From a virus (taxonomy: Duplodnaviria > Caudoviricetes), in the IMG/VR virus record IMGVR_UViG_3300037439_000258, positions 1 through 56,613 of that record: DNA of 56,613 bases. One strand, 5' to 3'. The notes beneath the pieces were generated by a model that saw only the letters and a list, made by a program, of their open reading frames with translations, had not been told where the DNA came from and searched no databases. Within the stretch, counting starts at the first letter, position 1, and the number at the start of each line of letters is the position of its first letter. The translations under genes and the position numbers were made by a program. Below, piece after piece: positions 8,436-17,947 of this stretch.

Positions 8436-9349
8436 ACGCGATCGCTGAACTCGCGGCAGTTGAGAACCCGAATCACATCTTCACGCCCGGAATAAGGCAA
8501 GACCTCTCAAACTCGGACTATCACGCCATCGAGGCTCTGAGCGCGACCGGGATTAAGAACCTGTTACAAAGCCCCGCGCACTACCGCTATCGCTTCCAGA
8601 ACCCCGACGAGTCAGCGACGGCGGCAAAGACGATGGGCACCGCCCTGCACATGGGCATCCTCGAGCCCGACCGGTTCGATAGCGGGGCGGTGATCGCGCT
8701 TCCCGAGGATGCGCCGAAGCGGCCAACGATCGCGCAGTGGAATGCCGCAAAGCCATCGCCGGCGTCGGTCGCTGCCATGGCCTGGTGGACAGAGTTCAAC
8801 CAGCAGGCCACCGGCAAGATCGTGCTCTCGGCCACGCAAGCGGCAATCGTCACGGGCATGGTCGCCTCGGTGCGCCGGCATCCGCTCTACGACGATCTGT
8901 TCTCGGGCGGCGCCGGCGAAGTCTCCTACCAATGGAACGATGCCCGCATCGGCATTCCCTGCCGCTGCCGCTTCGACTACCTGAAGGAAAGCGGCCTGGC
9001 GCTCGACGTGAAAACGACCCGTGACGCGAGTCCCGACGGCTTCGCCAGGGCCACCGCCGCCTACGGCTATCACCTCCAAGAGGCGCACTACCGCAACGGC
9101 TACGAGCATCTGCACGCGCGCAGCCTCGACGGATTCCTGTTCATGGCCGTCGAGAACGAGGCGCCGTTCGGCAGCGCGATCTACGTGCAGCAGCCCAATG
9201 CCATCAACTTCGCGCTCGATCGCGTCGAGGCGGCGATGCTGCTCTATGCCCAGGCGCGCAACTCCGGCTTTTGGCGGGGATACCAGGAATCGATACAGCC
9301 AGTGGTGCTGCCCCGCTGGGCGACGTCGCTGGTGACGCCGAGCTACTGA
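8432..9349 (+). CDS. PD-(D/E)XK exonuclease, RecE/exonuclease VIII-like (DUF3799)
   Basis: YHAIEALSATG, GTALH, CRCRFD...DVKTT, YGYHLQEAHY. Confidence 0.9.
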   Translation: MNAIAELAAVENPNHIFTPGIRQDLSNSDYHAIEALSATGIKNLLQSPAHYRYRFQNPDESATAAKTMGTALHMGILEPDRFDSGAVIALPEDAPKRPTIAQWNAAKPSPASVAAMAWWTEFNQQATGKIVLSATQAAIVTGMVASVRRHPLYDDLFSGGAGEVSYQWNDARIGIPCRCRFDYLKESGLALDVKTTRDASPDGFARATAAYGYHLQEAHYRNGYEHLHARSLDGFLFMAVENEAPFGSAIYVQQPNAINFALDRVEAAMLLYAQARNSGFWRGYQESIQPVVLPRWATSLVTPSY

Positions 9350-9885
9350 TGACAGATCGACTCTGCCAGATCGAAGGATGCGGAAAACCCCATCAGGCGC
9401 GCGGCTTGTGCTGCATGCACTACCGACGGGTTCGGTTGACTGGCGTAGTCGGTACCGTCGGGAAGAAGGAACGATCGCGCGTACCGAACTCGGATGGCTA
9501 CATCTACATTTGGGACCAGAGCGCCAATCGTGCTGAGCACATCGTCATTGCAGAGCGCGTCCTCGGAAAGCCGCTGCCTGCTGGCGCTGAAGTTCATCAC
9601 GTCGATGAGGATCGCGCGAACAACGCGAACGGCAATCTCGTGATCTGTCAGGACAAGGCCTATCACAAGCTGCTGCACATCCGCACCGCGGCGCTCGATG
9701 CTTGCGGCAATGCCAACTGGCGCCGCTGTCATGTCTGCAAGCGCTATGACGCGCCCGAGAACCTCTTCATCGGCATGCCTACGACCAGCTATCACCGATC
9801 GTGCAATGCGGCCCGAGAAGCCGCGCGCAAAGCCCGATCGATCGCATCCCCCACCTGCAGTGTCGATCCCCCTACCCTTCTATGA
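9349..9885 (+). CDS. HNH endonuclease
   Basis: CQIEGC...LCCMHY zinc finger; EHIVIAERVLGKPL...EVHHVDEDRANN..GNL. Confidence 0.85.
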   Translation: MTDRLCQIEGCGKPHQARGLCCMHYRRVRLTGVVGTVGKKERSRVPNSDGYIYIWDQSANRAEHIVIAERVLGKPLPAGAEVHHVDEDRANNANGNLVICQDKAYHKLLHIRTAALDACGNANWRRCHVCKRYDAPENLFIGMPTTSYHRSCNAAREAARKARSIASPTCSVDPPTLL

Positions 9886-9897
9886 GTGAGATTTCCC

Positions 9898-11088
9898 ATG
9901 TTCGATGACGACGACACGGTGACGACGACCCGCAACCCTTTCGCCGTGGCCGCGGTCCAACCCGCCGGCGTCACGACCTCCGGCGCCATGTCGGCCGTCG
10001 GCCAACAGCGCGAAGTCGCCGAGGTTCAGGCCGCCATGATGATCGCCAGAATGAACCCGCGCGACATGCGTGCGGCCATGGATCGCATCATCAATGCTTG
10101 CTCGCGCCCGACGCTGGCGAAGGCGGCCATGTATACCTATGCCCGCGGCGGCACCGACATTCGCGGTCCGTCGATTCGGCTGGCCGAAGCGATCGCGCAG
10201 CAGTGGGGCAATATCTCGTTCGGGATCCGCGAGCTCGAACAGAGAAACGGCGAGAGCACGGTCGAGGCGGTTGCGTGGGATCTCGAGACAAACACGCGCG
10301 TCGCGAAAGTGTTTCAAGTGCCGCATGTGCGCGACACGAAGAACGGCAGGAAGAACTTGACCGACGCCCGCGATATTTACGAGCTCGTCGCCAACATGGG
10401 CGCGCGGCGCCTGCGCGCGTGCATCCTCGGGGTGGTGCCGGGCGACGTGATCGAGGCGGCCGTCGCGCAATGCTCGTCGACGCTCGAGCTAGAGTTTGAA
10501 GTGACGCCCGATCTGCTGGCCAAGCTGCTCAAGAATTTCGAGCCGTTCGGCGTCGGCCGCGAACCGATCGAGAAGCGGATTCAGCGCCGGCTCGAGGCCA
10601 TGGTGCCGGCGCAGGCCGTGACCCTGCATACCATCCTCACGTCGCTGCGCGACGGCATGTCGCAACCGCATGATTGGTTTGAAGTCGCCCCGCCCCCGCC
10701 CGATGTACCGGCGTCGGTGGCTGGCCTCAATGAGAAGGTTGCGGCCAAGCGCGCCGCGAAGGGAGCGCCGCCGCCGGCAAATCCGGAAGCGACGCCGGTG
10801 CCCAAAGGCGAGCAGCAATTGCGCGAGGAAGCGCAAGCGAACGGTCCGACGGTGACGGCGGCCGGCATCAGGATCGACCCCGAGAAGGCAAAGCCGGCGG
10901 CGCAGGTACCGCAAGGAGACGCCCCAAGCCATGCCGCGGTCATGGATGCGCTGAACAAGGCCTCTGCCGCGAAGGATATCGACCTGCTCGACGTCGCTGG
11001 CGACCTGATCGGCGCGGTCGAGAATCCCGAGCATCGCACCGAGCTCGGCGCCGAATATAAGCGCATGCGCAAGGAGCTCGCGCAGTGA
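9898..11088 (+). CDS. probable single-strand annealing/recombination protein
   Basis: Conserved-looking core (GPSIRLAE.IAQQWGN...AWDLETN) plus a low-complexity tail; function inferred from position after the exonuclease. Confidence 0.55.
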   Translation: MFDDDDTVTTTRNPFAVAAVQPAGVTTSGAMSAVGQQREVAEVQAAMMIARMNPRDMRAAMDRIINACSRPTLAKAAMYTYARGGTDIRGPSIRLAEAIAQQWGNISFGIRELEQRNGESTVEAVAWDLETNTRVAKVFQVPHVRDTKNGRKNLTDARDIYELVANMGARRLRACILGVVPGDVIEAAVAQCSSTLELEFEVTPDLLAKLLKNFEPFGVGREPIEKRIQRRLEAMVPAQAVTLHTILTSLRDGMSQPHDWFEVAPPPPDVPASVAGLNEKVAAKRAAKGAPPPANPEATPVPKGEQQLREEAQANGPTVTAAGIRIDPEKAKPAAQVPQGDAPSHAAVMDALNKASAAKDIDLLDVAGDLIGAVENPEHRTELGAEYKRMRKELAQ

Positions 11089-11495
11089 GCGGGATGAAGA
11101 GGCAGACCGTCCGCGTCGCCCAGTTCTGGAGCCCAGGGGTGATCGTCGCCGAGGCCTGGTCAAAGGAGGTCGCGTCCCTGGACCCCTATGCCGTCGAATG
11201 GCCAGATAGCGCCTACGCCTTCACGCTGCACGAGCGCGAGGATGTGGTCGAGGGAGAGACGCGATACACCGGCAAGGGACACCAGGTCGGCCCGATCTAC
11301 TACCACCCCGACAGCAAGATCGAGTCGCTGGAGGAGGTCGAGCGCAACCCGAAGGCCAGCGCGATCCTGGTCAGCAACATGCGCTGCAATAACTGGTCGC
11401 ACGTCGTCTGGACGCGATGGGGCAATTGGCCACAGCCGTTCGACGCGAAGCTGCACGCAGTTCTCGAACGTCATCGCGAGGAGCGGCAGGCATGA
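11085..11495 (+). CDS. hypothetical protein
   Basis: Coupled ORF with AAGGAG RBS. Confidence 0.6.
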   Translation: MSGMKRQTVRVAQFWSPGVIVAEAWSKEVASLDPYAVEWPDSAYAFTLHEREDVVEGETRYTGKGHQVGPIYYHPDSKIESLEEVERNPKASAILVSNMRCNNWSHVVWTRWGNWPQPFDAKLHAVLERHREERQA

Positions 11496-12691
11496 GCGAG
11501 ACGACCGAGAGGACCGATGTCGTCGACGAACTGCACGACGCCGAGAGGCCAGGCAGCGCCGTTGTCGAGTACAACGCTACAGCGGCCGGCTTGGCTGAGC
11601 TACGCGCCCGCCTCAAGGATGCGAAGTACGACCTGACCACCGTCAAGGGCAACGCCCTCGCACGTGCCGACCGCAAGGAGTTGGTCAGCCTGCGCACGTC
11701 ACTGGAGGCCAAGCGGCGCGAGCTGAAGGCCCCGGCTCTGGAGCGGGCCCGCCTGATCGACGCGGAGGCGAAGCGCATCGAGGGCGAGATCCTAGCGCTT
11801 GAGCGGCCTCTCGACGAAGTCATCAAGGCGGATGAAGCACGCCGCGAAGCAGAGCGCAAGGCGAAGGCCGAAGCCGAAGCGCGGGCAGCGGCCCGGGTCG
11901 CGGAGACGTTGGATGGTATCCGCGCCTTCCTGGTCAAGGCCTCGCACAAAGGCAGCATCGTCATCGAGACCCTGATCGAGGACCTGGTTGCGCTGCCGAT
12001 CCCCGACGAGGTCGGCGACGCCGGCGAGCAGCTGCGCACCCGAGTGCTCGAGCAACTGCGCGGCATGCTGACCGAAGCCCAGACGGCCGAGGCGGAAGCC
12101 CGTAAGCTGCGCGTTGAGCGGGAGGCCTTCGAGCGCGAGCAGCGGGAGGCAGCAGCCGCGGCGGCCGAACGTGAGGCCGAACTCGCTGCCGCCGAGGTCA
12201 AGCGCATTGCCGTGCTCGCCGAGGCCGAGGCAGCAGCCGAGCGCCGCCGCGCCGAGGAGCAGGCTGAGCTGGACCGCCAGCGCGCGGAACTCGAAGCCGA
12301 CCGCAAGCGCGTGGCTGAAGAACAGGCCGAGCGTGAACGCCGGGCCTATGCCGATGCGAAGGCCGCGGCCGACAAGCGCATTGCCGAAGCGAAGGCAGCC
12401 GAGGGCTTCGAGCGCGACTGGCTCGACGCCATCGCCGAGGACCAGCGTCGCACGGCCGACCTTGAGCAGCGCCGGCGCCTGGCTGAGGAGGAAGCAGCTC
12501 GCCAAGTGGAGATCGAGCAGGCCCGCGCCCGCGACAGAGCCCGTCATGAAGCGCGCGCCGATGCCCTCGAACTCGTGTCGGACCTGGCGGGCATGCCCAC
12601 GAAGCCGCCGATCAAGTCGATCTGGATCGAGATCGTGCACCGGGCCACCGGGATCACTGCGGCCCTGCATGGCGAGGCCGGAACCGAATGA
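11492..12691 (+). CDS. long coiled-coil phage protein
   Basis: E/A/R-rich heptad pattern throughout. Confidence 0.7.
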   Translation: MSETTERTDVVDELHDAERPGSAVVEYNATAAGLAELRARLKDAKYDLTTVKGNALARADRKELVSLRTSLEAKRRELKAPALERARLIDAEAKRIEGEILALERPLDEVIKADEARREAERKAKAEAEARAAARVAETLDGIRAFLVKASHKGSIVIETLIEDLVALPIPDEVGDAGEQLRTRVLEQLRGMLTEAQTAEAEARKLRVEREAFEREQREAAAAAAEREAELAAAEVKRIAVLAEAEAAAERRRAEEQAELDRQRAELEADRKRVAEEQAERERRAYADAKAAADKRIAEAKAAEGFERDWLDAIAEDQRRTADLEQRRRLAEEEAARQVEIEQARARDRARHEARADALELVSDLAGMPTKPPIKSIWIEIVHRATGITAALHGEAGTE

Positions 12692-12707
12692 AGAACATGG
12701 GAATCGC

Positions 12708-12930
12708 AAAAGGAGTCCGGCGCGTACCCACGTCGCCGGGTGCCCCGTGCGGCGGTTCCTTTGTGCGCAGCGTGGACGCTAATGCCCGACGACCGGGGGA
12801 GTGCCGGTCACGAATTCCAGTGGGAGGACGGCGGGATTTGAGCTTTGCTCTGCGCCCACGATCGGAGCGGGAAACCGCATATCCGTAGTGCTGATCGTGA
12901 ACAGCCGTGACAGCCCGGAGAGACGGGCCC
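12708..12930 (+). ncRNA. candidate structured RNA or leader element
   Basis: Consecutive hairpins GACCGG/CCGGTC, CACGATCGG/CTGATCGTG enclosing GCGG-GAAA-CCGC, and GCCCG-GAGAGA-CGGGC. Confidence 0.4.
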
Positions 12931-12952
12931 CCAACCACAACCAGGAGAGGCA

Positions 12953-13348
12953 ATGCGCAAGTTGACCAGCCATGTAGTGAACCCGGCGAATGACCGCCTG
13001 ACAATCGAAGTGCTCGACGGGCCCGGCCAGGGCAACGCCTGCCACCGCTACGAGATCAGCGGATTCACCGTTGTGGGCAATCCGGGCGTCGTTCCGGACG
13101 ATGACGACAAGTGCGTCGTTCTGTTCCAGAACGGCCCGATCGGTGAGGGCGGCGTCGGCGTGAACGGCGTAACCCATGAGGCGCTCCTGGCGATCCTGAT
13201 CGATCGCCTCGAAGGGTTCCAGGCCGGGCAGTACCGGTGCCGCGAGAATGCGCTCGCCCTTACGCATCTGCAGGATGCCGTCCACTGGCTCGCGCACCGC
13301 ACCCGAGAGCGCATGGCCCGCGGCGTGGAGGGCACGCACGCCGCCTAG
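12953..13348 (+). CDS. tad1: Tad1-family anti-defence nucleotide sponge
   Basis: G.GNACHRY, FQNGP, GVT.EALL.I.IDRL.GFQ.G...CRENA.ALTHL..A..W...R...R..RGVEGT match the Tad1 signature. Confidence 0.85.
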   Translation: MRKLTSHVVNPANDRLTIEVLDGPGQGNACHRYEISGFTVVGNPGVVPDDDDKCVVLFQNGPIGEGGVGVNGVTHEALLAILIDRLEGFQAGQYRCRENALALTHLQDAVHWLAHRTRERMARGVEGTHAA

Positions 13349-13423
13349 TCCCGCGGAGTGCCGCAATTTATTCCCAGATTATTCCGACCTGATCGGGATG
13401 CTTGACTACCAACAGGAGAGGCA

Positions 13424-13813
13424 ATGCCCAAGTTCCGCAAGAAGCCGGTGGTGATCGAGGCGTCGCAGTGGTTCAAGAACGGCGACCACCCGGAGGACTA
13501 CTCGCAGGATGAGGATGGCATCGAGAACGGCGAGCCGGTGAAGATCGCTGCCGCCTACCGCCGTGAGCATGGATGGGAGGGATCGATCGTTCGCTACTAC
13601 CGCCATCCCGACGTTCCAGGCGAAAGGGTCTGCTCGAAGTGCGGCAACACCATGCACGTCCATGGCTGGATCGACACGCTGGAGGACGGCCACAACGTCT
13701 GTCCAGGGGACTGGATCATCACCGGCGTGCAAGGCGAGCGCTACCCCTGCAAGCCCGACATTTTCGCCGCCACCTATGAGCCGGTCGAATCGGAGGGCGC
13801 TCCCCATGTTTGA
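13424..13813 (+). CDS. RKKPV/PGDYG-like phage protein with CxxC..HxH insertion
   Basis: KFRKKPVVIEA.QW...IDTLE....CPGDWII.GV.GE.YPCKPDIF..TY. Confidence 0.75.
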   Translation: MPKFRKKPVVIEASQWFKNGDHPEDYSQDEDGIENGEPVKIAAAYRREHGWEGSIVRYYRHPDVPGERVCSKCGNTMHVHGWIDTLEDGHNVCPGDWIITGVQGERYPCKPDIFAATYEPVESEGAPHV

Positions 13814-14342
13814 AGTCGACCAGGTGAGCGCCAGGCTCACGAGCGTGAACCCCCGCGCCGAGATCCACGGCGACGACACCGTGCCGGCTGCGGACCTCGG
13901 CCTGACCTTCGACGCGCCGAACAGCATCCTGGCGCACTTCGGCCCGCAGCTGCTCGGGTCGCTCTACAGCAAGGCGGTCGCCAAGGATGCACCGCCGGCG
14001 GCCGCGCAGGGCGAGCTCGACACGGTCCCGCAGGTCAGCAACCAGCCGCACCTGCGCAACCCGAGCATCGACGGCGCGCTCAAGATCCGGTTTGAAGGCA
14101 TCGGCTACAAGGTGCGCTTCGATCACGGCCTGGGCGGCGACAGCGACATCGCGTTCGAAGGGGTGAAGGTCAACGGCATTCGCCTCACGCCGAAGGAAGG
14201 CGGTACCGTATCGGTCGCGCTGCGGGTGCAGATCACCGACCCGGAACCGGGTGACCTGGGCCATCTGTGCCAGCGGATCGGCAACGACGTCAGGGTCAGC
14301 CTCGAAGCGCCGAGCTCGGACCAGCAGCCGCTGGCAGCATGA
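13806..14342 (+). CDS. conserved phage hypothetical protein
   Basis: GGAGG RBS; beta-rich 178-aa ORF. Confidence 0.65.
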   Translation: MFEVDQVSARLTSVNPRAEIHGDDTVPAADLGLTFDAPNSILAHFGPQLLGSLYSKAVAKDAPPAAAQGELDTVPQVSNQPHLRNPSIDGALKIRFEGIGYKVRFDHGLGGDSDIAFEGVKVNGIRLTPKEGGTVSVALRVQITDPEPGDLGHLCQRIGNDVRVSLEAPSSDQQPLAA

Positions 14343-14959
14343 ACCGCGCCGACGTCATCAACCGTGTCGCGCTCTCGATGCCGAGCGTCATCGAGGGGCT
14401 GACCGAGCACGTCTCCGATCTGGTCGACGGCGCGCCGACAAACATCGTGATCCTGATCAGCGCCGGCGACGTCTGCCAGTACGCGGCGAACGTCGATCGA
14501 GCGACCGGCGCCAAGATGATCGCGGGTGTTCTGGCCCGGTGGGAGCTCGGCATGCCGGACCATCTGCCCGGCGAAGAAACGCCCGCCGACGTCCGGCCGT
14601 TCGTATACCTGCTCAATGTTTTCGAGGCAGCACTGACGCACCCGGATCCGGCATCGAGCGGCCGGGGCTGTTCTGAGATGCGACAACTGATCAAGGTCGA
14701 CGGCACGGTGACCGATCTGCTCGAGCCCGTGAGCGTGCAGCAGATCGCAAAACTGATCGGCGCCGACACGCTCGATACCGTCAACCTGCGCCACCTGGGC
14801 GAGCCGCTGCAGGTGATGATGGTCGACGATACCGGCATGATCGACGGCAAGCCAGTCAACCCGAAGGCGACCGAGTTGTATCACCAGAATTGCTACCCAG
14901 GCGTCACGCACCCGATCTGCGGTGACGTCGTTATTTGCCCTGACAAGGATTTCGCATGA
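14339..14959 (+). CDS. hypothetical protein with C-terminal DUF3846-like domain
   Basis: MMVDDTG....KPVNPKAT.LY......ICGDVV. Confidence 0.6.
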   Translation: MNRADVINRVALSMPSVIEGLTEHVSDLVDGAPTNIVILISAGDVCQYAANVDRATGAKMIAGVLARWELGMPDHLPGEETPADVRPFVYLLNVFEAALTHPDPASSGRGCSEMRQLIKVDGTVTDLLEPVSVQQIAKLIGADTLDTVNLRHLGEPLQVMMVDDTGMIDGKPVNPKATELYHQNCYPGVTHPICGDVVICPDKDFA

Positions 14960-15186
14960 CCACCCCCGCGAAGCAGCAGTTTTTCGCGCATGGCGACAAG
15001 GTTGTCTACGTCCCGATGCACGCGCATGGTGATCGCGGCCATGCCGATTGCGAGCGCGGCGTCGTCAGCAGCGTCGGCACGGCGGGCACCGTGTTCGTGA
15101 AGTTCCACGCTCAAGTCGCCCGCCTCGGATGGGATGGAGCAACCGCTCAAGGCTGCGATCCCGATTCTCTGGTGGCGGAATCATGA
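14956..15186 (+). CDS. hypothetical protein (SH3-like)
   Basis: GDKVVY...ERGVVSS...VFVKF. Confidence 0.55.
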   Translation: MTTPAKQQFFAHGDKVVYVPMHAHGDRGHADCERGVVSSVGTAGTVFVKFHAQVARLGWDGATAQGCDPDSLVAES

Positions 15187-15247
15187 CCGACTGGATACCC
15201 GTTCTGGTCGGACTGATCGGCGCGATCTATGCGGTGGCGGTGACGCT

Positions 15248-15787
15248 ATGAAGGCGCCCATCACCAGTCTCGGCCGCCTTCCCGGACCGGAGCATATCGA
15301 CGGTCCCGAGGCCCTATACGACGCGATGCACGCCGCGGTGTGCGACTGGTATCGGGGCCATCCCCGGCATGCCGAGCATCCCTGGCATCTGGTCTTGTTG
15401 CTCAGTGACGGGCGCGCCTACGTGGTTGACGTCGGTGACATCGACGGTCCGGCCTCGAAGCACCGTGCTTTCCACGCTCACCAGAACGCGCTCAACTTCC
15501 CCGGCGGGCCCGGCGGCTTCACCGTGGTCTGCTCCGGGCTGATCTGTGAAGCCTGGCTGCGCCTCATGCGGCCGGGCGAAGAGCGGCTCTTCGATTCCCT
15601 GGCTGAAGACCCGAAGGCTACCGAGAGCGTGCTCTTCAACCTGCTCACGCATGATCGGCAGGCCATGATGTCGTGCCCGATCGACCGTACCGGCGCGCTC
15701 GGGGCGACCATCGAGAAGGCTGCTTTCAACTGGCTACCAGACGATGCACTGGGCGCCGCCGTCCGACGCCGAGAGGATTCGCGATGA
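15248..15787 (+). CDS. hypothetical protein
   Basis: ATGA-coupled ORF. Confidence 0.55.
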   Translation: MKAPITSLGRLPGPEHIDGPEALYDAMHAAVCDWYRGHPRHAEHPWHLVLLLSDGRAYVVDVGDIDGPASKHRAFHAHQNALNFPGGPGGFTVVCSGLICEAWLRLMRPGEERLFDSLAEDPKATESVLFNLLTHDRQAMMSCPIDRTGALGATIEKAAFNWLPDDALGAAVRRREDSR

Positions 15788-16389
15788 CCCCCGCCCTCCT
15801 AACCCGCGCCGCCGAGTGCATCGAGCGCCAGGCCGCCGTGATCGCCGAGAGCTACACCATGCCGCCCGACTTCTCCGACTGGACCGGCGCCGACAAGCAA
15901 AAGGCCGAGCACGACGCGATGATGGCGCTGGCGGCGGAGTTGCGCGCGGCGGTGGCGTGCCCACATGCCGCCGAACCACGCGGATGCTATCGGGTGCGAT
16001 GCCAACTTGGTGGAGTATGCGTTGGGCAGGCCCCACCCTCCCCCATCGCAGAGCCGGTGGCCACTCTGCACGATGATGGGTGCTGGACGTGGAAAGGCAC
16101 GCCACCGCATGAATCAAACTTCGCGGGCTGGCGAATGGATGTCTACGCCGCTCCTGTCGCCCAAGCGCTGCCAGCAGAGGGGTTTGACCCAGAACGGATG
16201 ACGACGGCCCAACTGCTCACGGCCGCGACGAAAGATTCCGACCCGGTGAGCGTGTTTGCCGTCGGCAGCGATTGGAACGACACCGACCGTGCCATTCTCG
16301 TCGTCAAGGGCAGGGAGAACATCCGCTACCTCCACGCGATGCTGGTGAGGCAGGGGCTTTTGACCGAAGGCAAGGCGGTGGAGTCATGA
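15784..16389 (+). CDS. hypothetical protein
   Basis: GAGGA RBS; mosaic-looking early gene. Confidence 0.55.
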   Translation: MTPALLTRAAECIERQAAVIAESYTMPPDFSDWTGADKQKAEHDAMMALAAELRAAVACPHAAEPRGCYRVRCQLGGVCVGQAPPSPIAEPVATLHDDGCWTWKGTPPHESNFAGWRMDVYAAPVAQALPAEGFDPERMTTAQLLTAATKDSDPVSVFAVGSDWNDTDRAILVVKGRENIRYLHAMLVRQGLLTEGKAVES

Positions 16390-16580
16390 CATCTGAAGTC
16401 CGCGATGCCGATCGCATCGTCACGGTCTGCTCGGCATGCAAGCGCGCCTGTTGCTGGCAGGGAATTTTCTACTGCGATGAATACAAAACGGCCGGCACGA
16501 TTGACATGCGTGTTGGGGATCTTGCCGGCCTTGACCTTGAGCATCCGTCTTATTGGCAACCGGAGAGCTGGAAGCCATGA
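16386..16580 (+). CDS. small Cys-rich hypothetical protein
   Basis: VTVCSACKRACCWQGIFYC. Confidence 0.55.
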   Translation: MTSEVRDADRIVTVCSACKRACCWQGIFYCDEYKTAGTIDMRVGDLAGLDLEHPSYWQPESWKP

Positions 16581-16801
16581 CTGCCCCGCGCCCCGCCGAT
16601 GCCGCCCGCCAGGAGCGCACGCCTGAGTTCGTCGAAGGCATCCGGTCCCATGTCATGGGCTGCCGGTTTACCTCGCGCTTGAGCGCCGAATGGCAGGCCG
16701 GCTGGCGCCACGCACAGGAGATTGCGATGAACGCTCGGGAAAACGCTGAACTACGCCGGCACGAGAAGCGGTGCCCGTGGGAGCGCGACGATGACCGCTG
16801 A
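16577..16801 (+). CDS. hypothetical protein
   Basis: Coupled ORF. Confidence 0.45.
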   Translation: MTAPRPADAARQERTPEFVEGIRSHVMGCRFTSRLSAEWQAGWRHAQEIAMNARENAELRRHEKRCPWERDDDR

Positions 16802-17540
16802 ACTGATGCGCTGCCCGTTTTGCGGCAATACCGTCAATCCACGGCACCAGTTCTACAACATCAGAGGTCACTCGACCGCCGTCTGCTGCGGTAGCTGCGG
16901 CACGACAGGGCCGTGGGTTTCCTGGCCGCATCCCACTCGCGAGGATGAGGCAGTGGCCAAATGGAATCAGCGTGCCGCCGCCCCGCCAGCAGATCAGGGG
17001 GAGTGGCTGGACAAAGCGATCGACCTTATCAACGAGTACGGGCTCGCGATCCAGGGGGTCAACGTAACCGAGTCGCACGCTGCATGGCGGGCACTGAGGC
17101 GCCACCTCGCCAGCCGCCCAGCGGGAGGGGAGCCGCAGCGACAAGTCATCACGCGTGAGAGGGAGCAGTGGGAATCGTGGAGGGAACCGTGGAACAAGCC
17201 GATACGTGCTCACCATCTCGATGGCCACTTGGGCCTGTTCGGCTGGAAGTTCCTCGATGCTCTGCCAGAGGGTGAGGGCCAAGTCGTCATCTATATCGAG
17301 GATGACGAATTCTGGCATGAGGCGCTGTCTTTCTCTCGCTATTGGCTACGCGAGTTTCACGCGCTGGCGACCGCGTTGTTGCCGTCTGCAATGCCTGTCA
17401 CCAATCCGCCGGCAGTAGCGGGAGGGACGGCGCACAAGGCGGCGAGATTGCGCGACTACCTGTCCAAGGCATCGTTCGCCTCTGAGGCCGACCGGTTCTC
17501 GGCGCTGGAGTGTCTGCAGGCCCTGGAGCCGAAGCCATGA
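16791..17540 (+). CDS. Lar (restriction alleviation)-like Zn-ribbon protein with C-terminal extension
   Basis: ELMRCPFCG...VCCGSCG..GP...EAVAKWNQRA. Confidence 0.7.
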   Translation: MTAELMRCPFCGNTVNPRHQFYNIRGHSTAVCCGSCGTTGPWVSWPHPTREDEAVAKWNQRAAAPPADQGEWLDKAIDLINEYGLAIQGVNVTESHAAWRALRRHLASRPAGGEPQRQVITREREQWESWREPWNKPIRAHHLDGHLGLFGWKFLDALPEGEGQVVIYIEDDEFWHEALSFSRYWLREFHALATALLPSAMPVTNPPAVAGGTAHKAARLRDYLSKASFASEADRFSALECLQALEPKP

Positions 17541-17944
17541 CTGCGCTGCTAATCGGACCGGCCGAACGGGCCGCGCTAGAGCGGTTGCGTGCAGTGGCGA
17601 ATGAGCATCCGGTCGATATGAGCACGCTTCCCGCCCGGCTCGCGCAACCCGAGGGTAAGACCATTCACATGGCGCAAATGAATGCGCAAACGATCTCGCT
17701 TCCCGTCGGGTACTTGCTCACCTTCAGTATCGAGACGGGACATCCCGGTGGGCTTGCCCGGCACATGAGTTTGAGCGTCTCACGGCCTGGCCGCCTGCCG
17801 AACCACGCCGCCGTTTGGATGGTGGCGGCCGAGTTGGGTTTTGAGCGAGGGCTCGACGATTGCGTGTGCTGGATCGAGGATCTCAAAGGCCACGGTCAGG
17901 CGGTGAACGTGGTTCAGTTGCTCGAAGCGAAGAGAGGAGGCTGA
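17537..17944 (+). CDS. hypothetical protein
   Basis: Contains RHMSLSV; coupled ORF. Confidence 0.6.
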   Translation: MTALLIGPAERAALERLRAVANEHPVDMSTLPARLAQPEGKTIHMAQMNAQTISLPVGYLLTFSIETGHPGGLARHMSLSVSRPGRLPNHAAVWMVAAELGFERGLDDCVCWIEDLKGHGQAVNVVQLLEAKRGG

Positions 17945-17947
17945 TCC

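Noticed and set aside
12688-12888. 66-aa ORF
   Set aside because: R/P/G/S-rich with no motif and overlapping a run of hairpins; more likely non-coding
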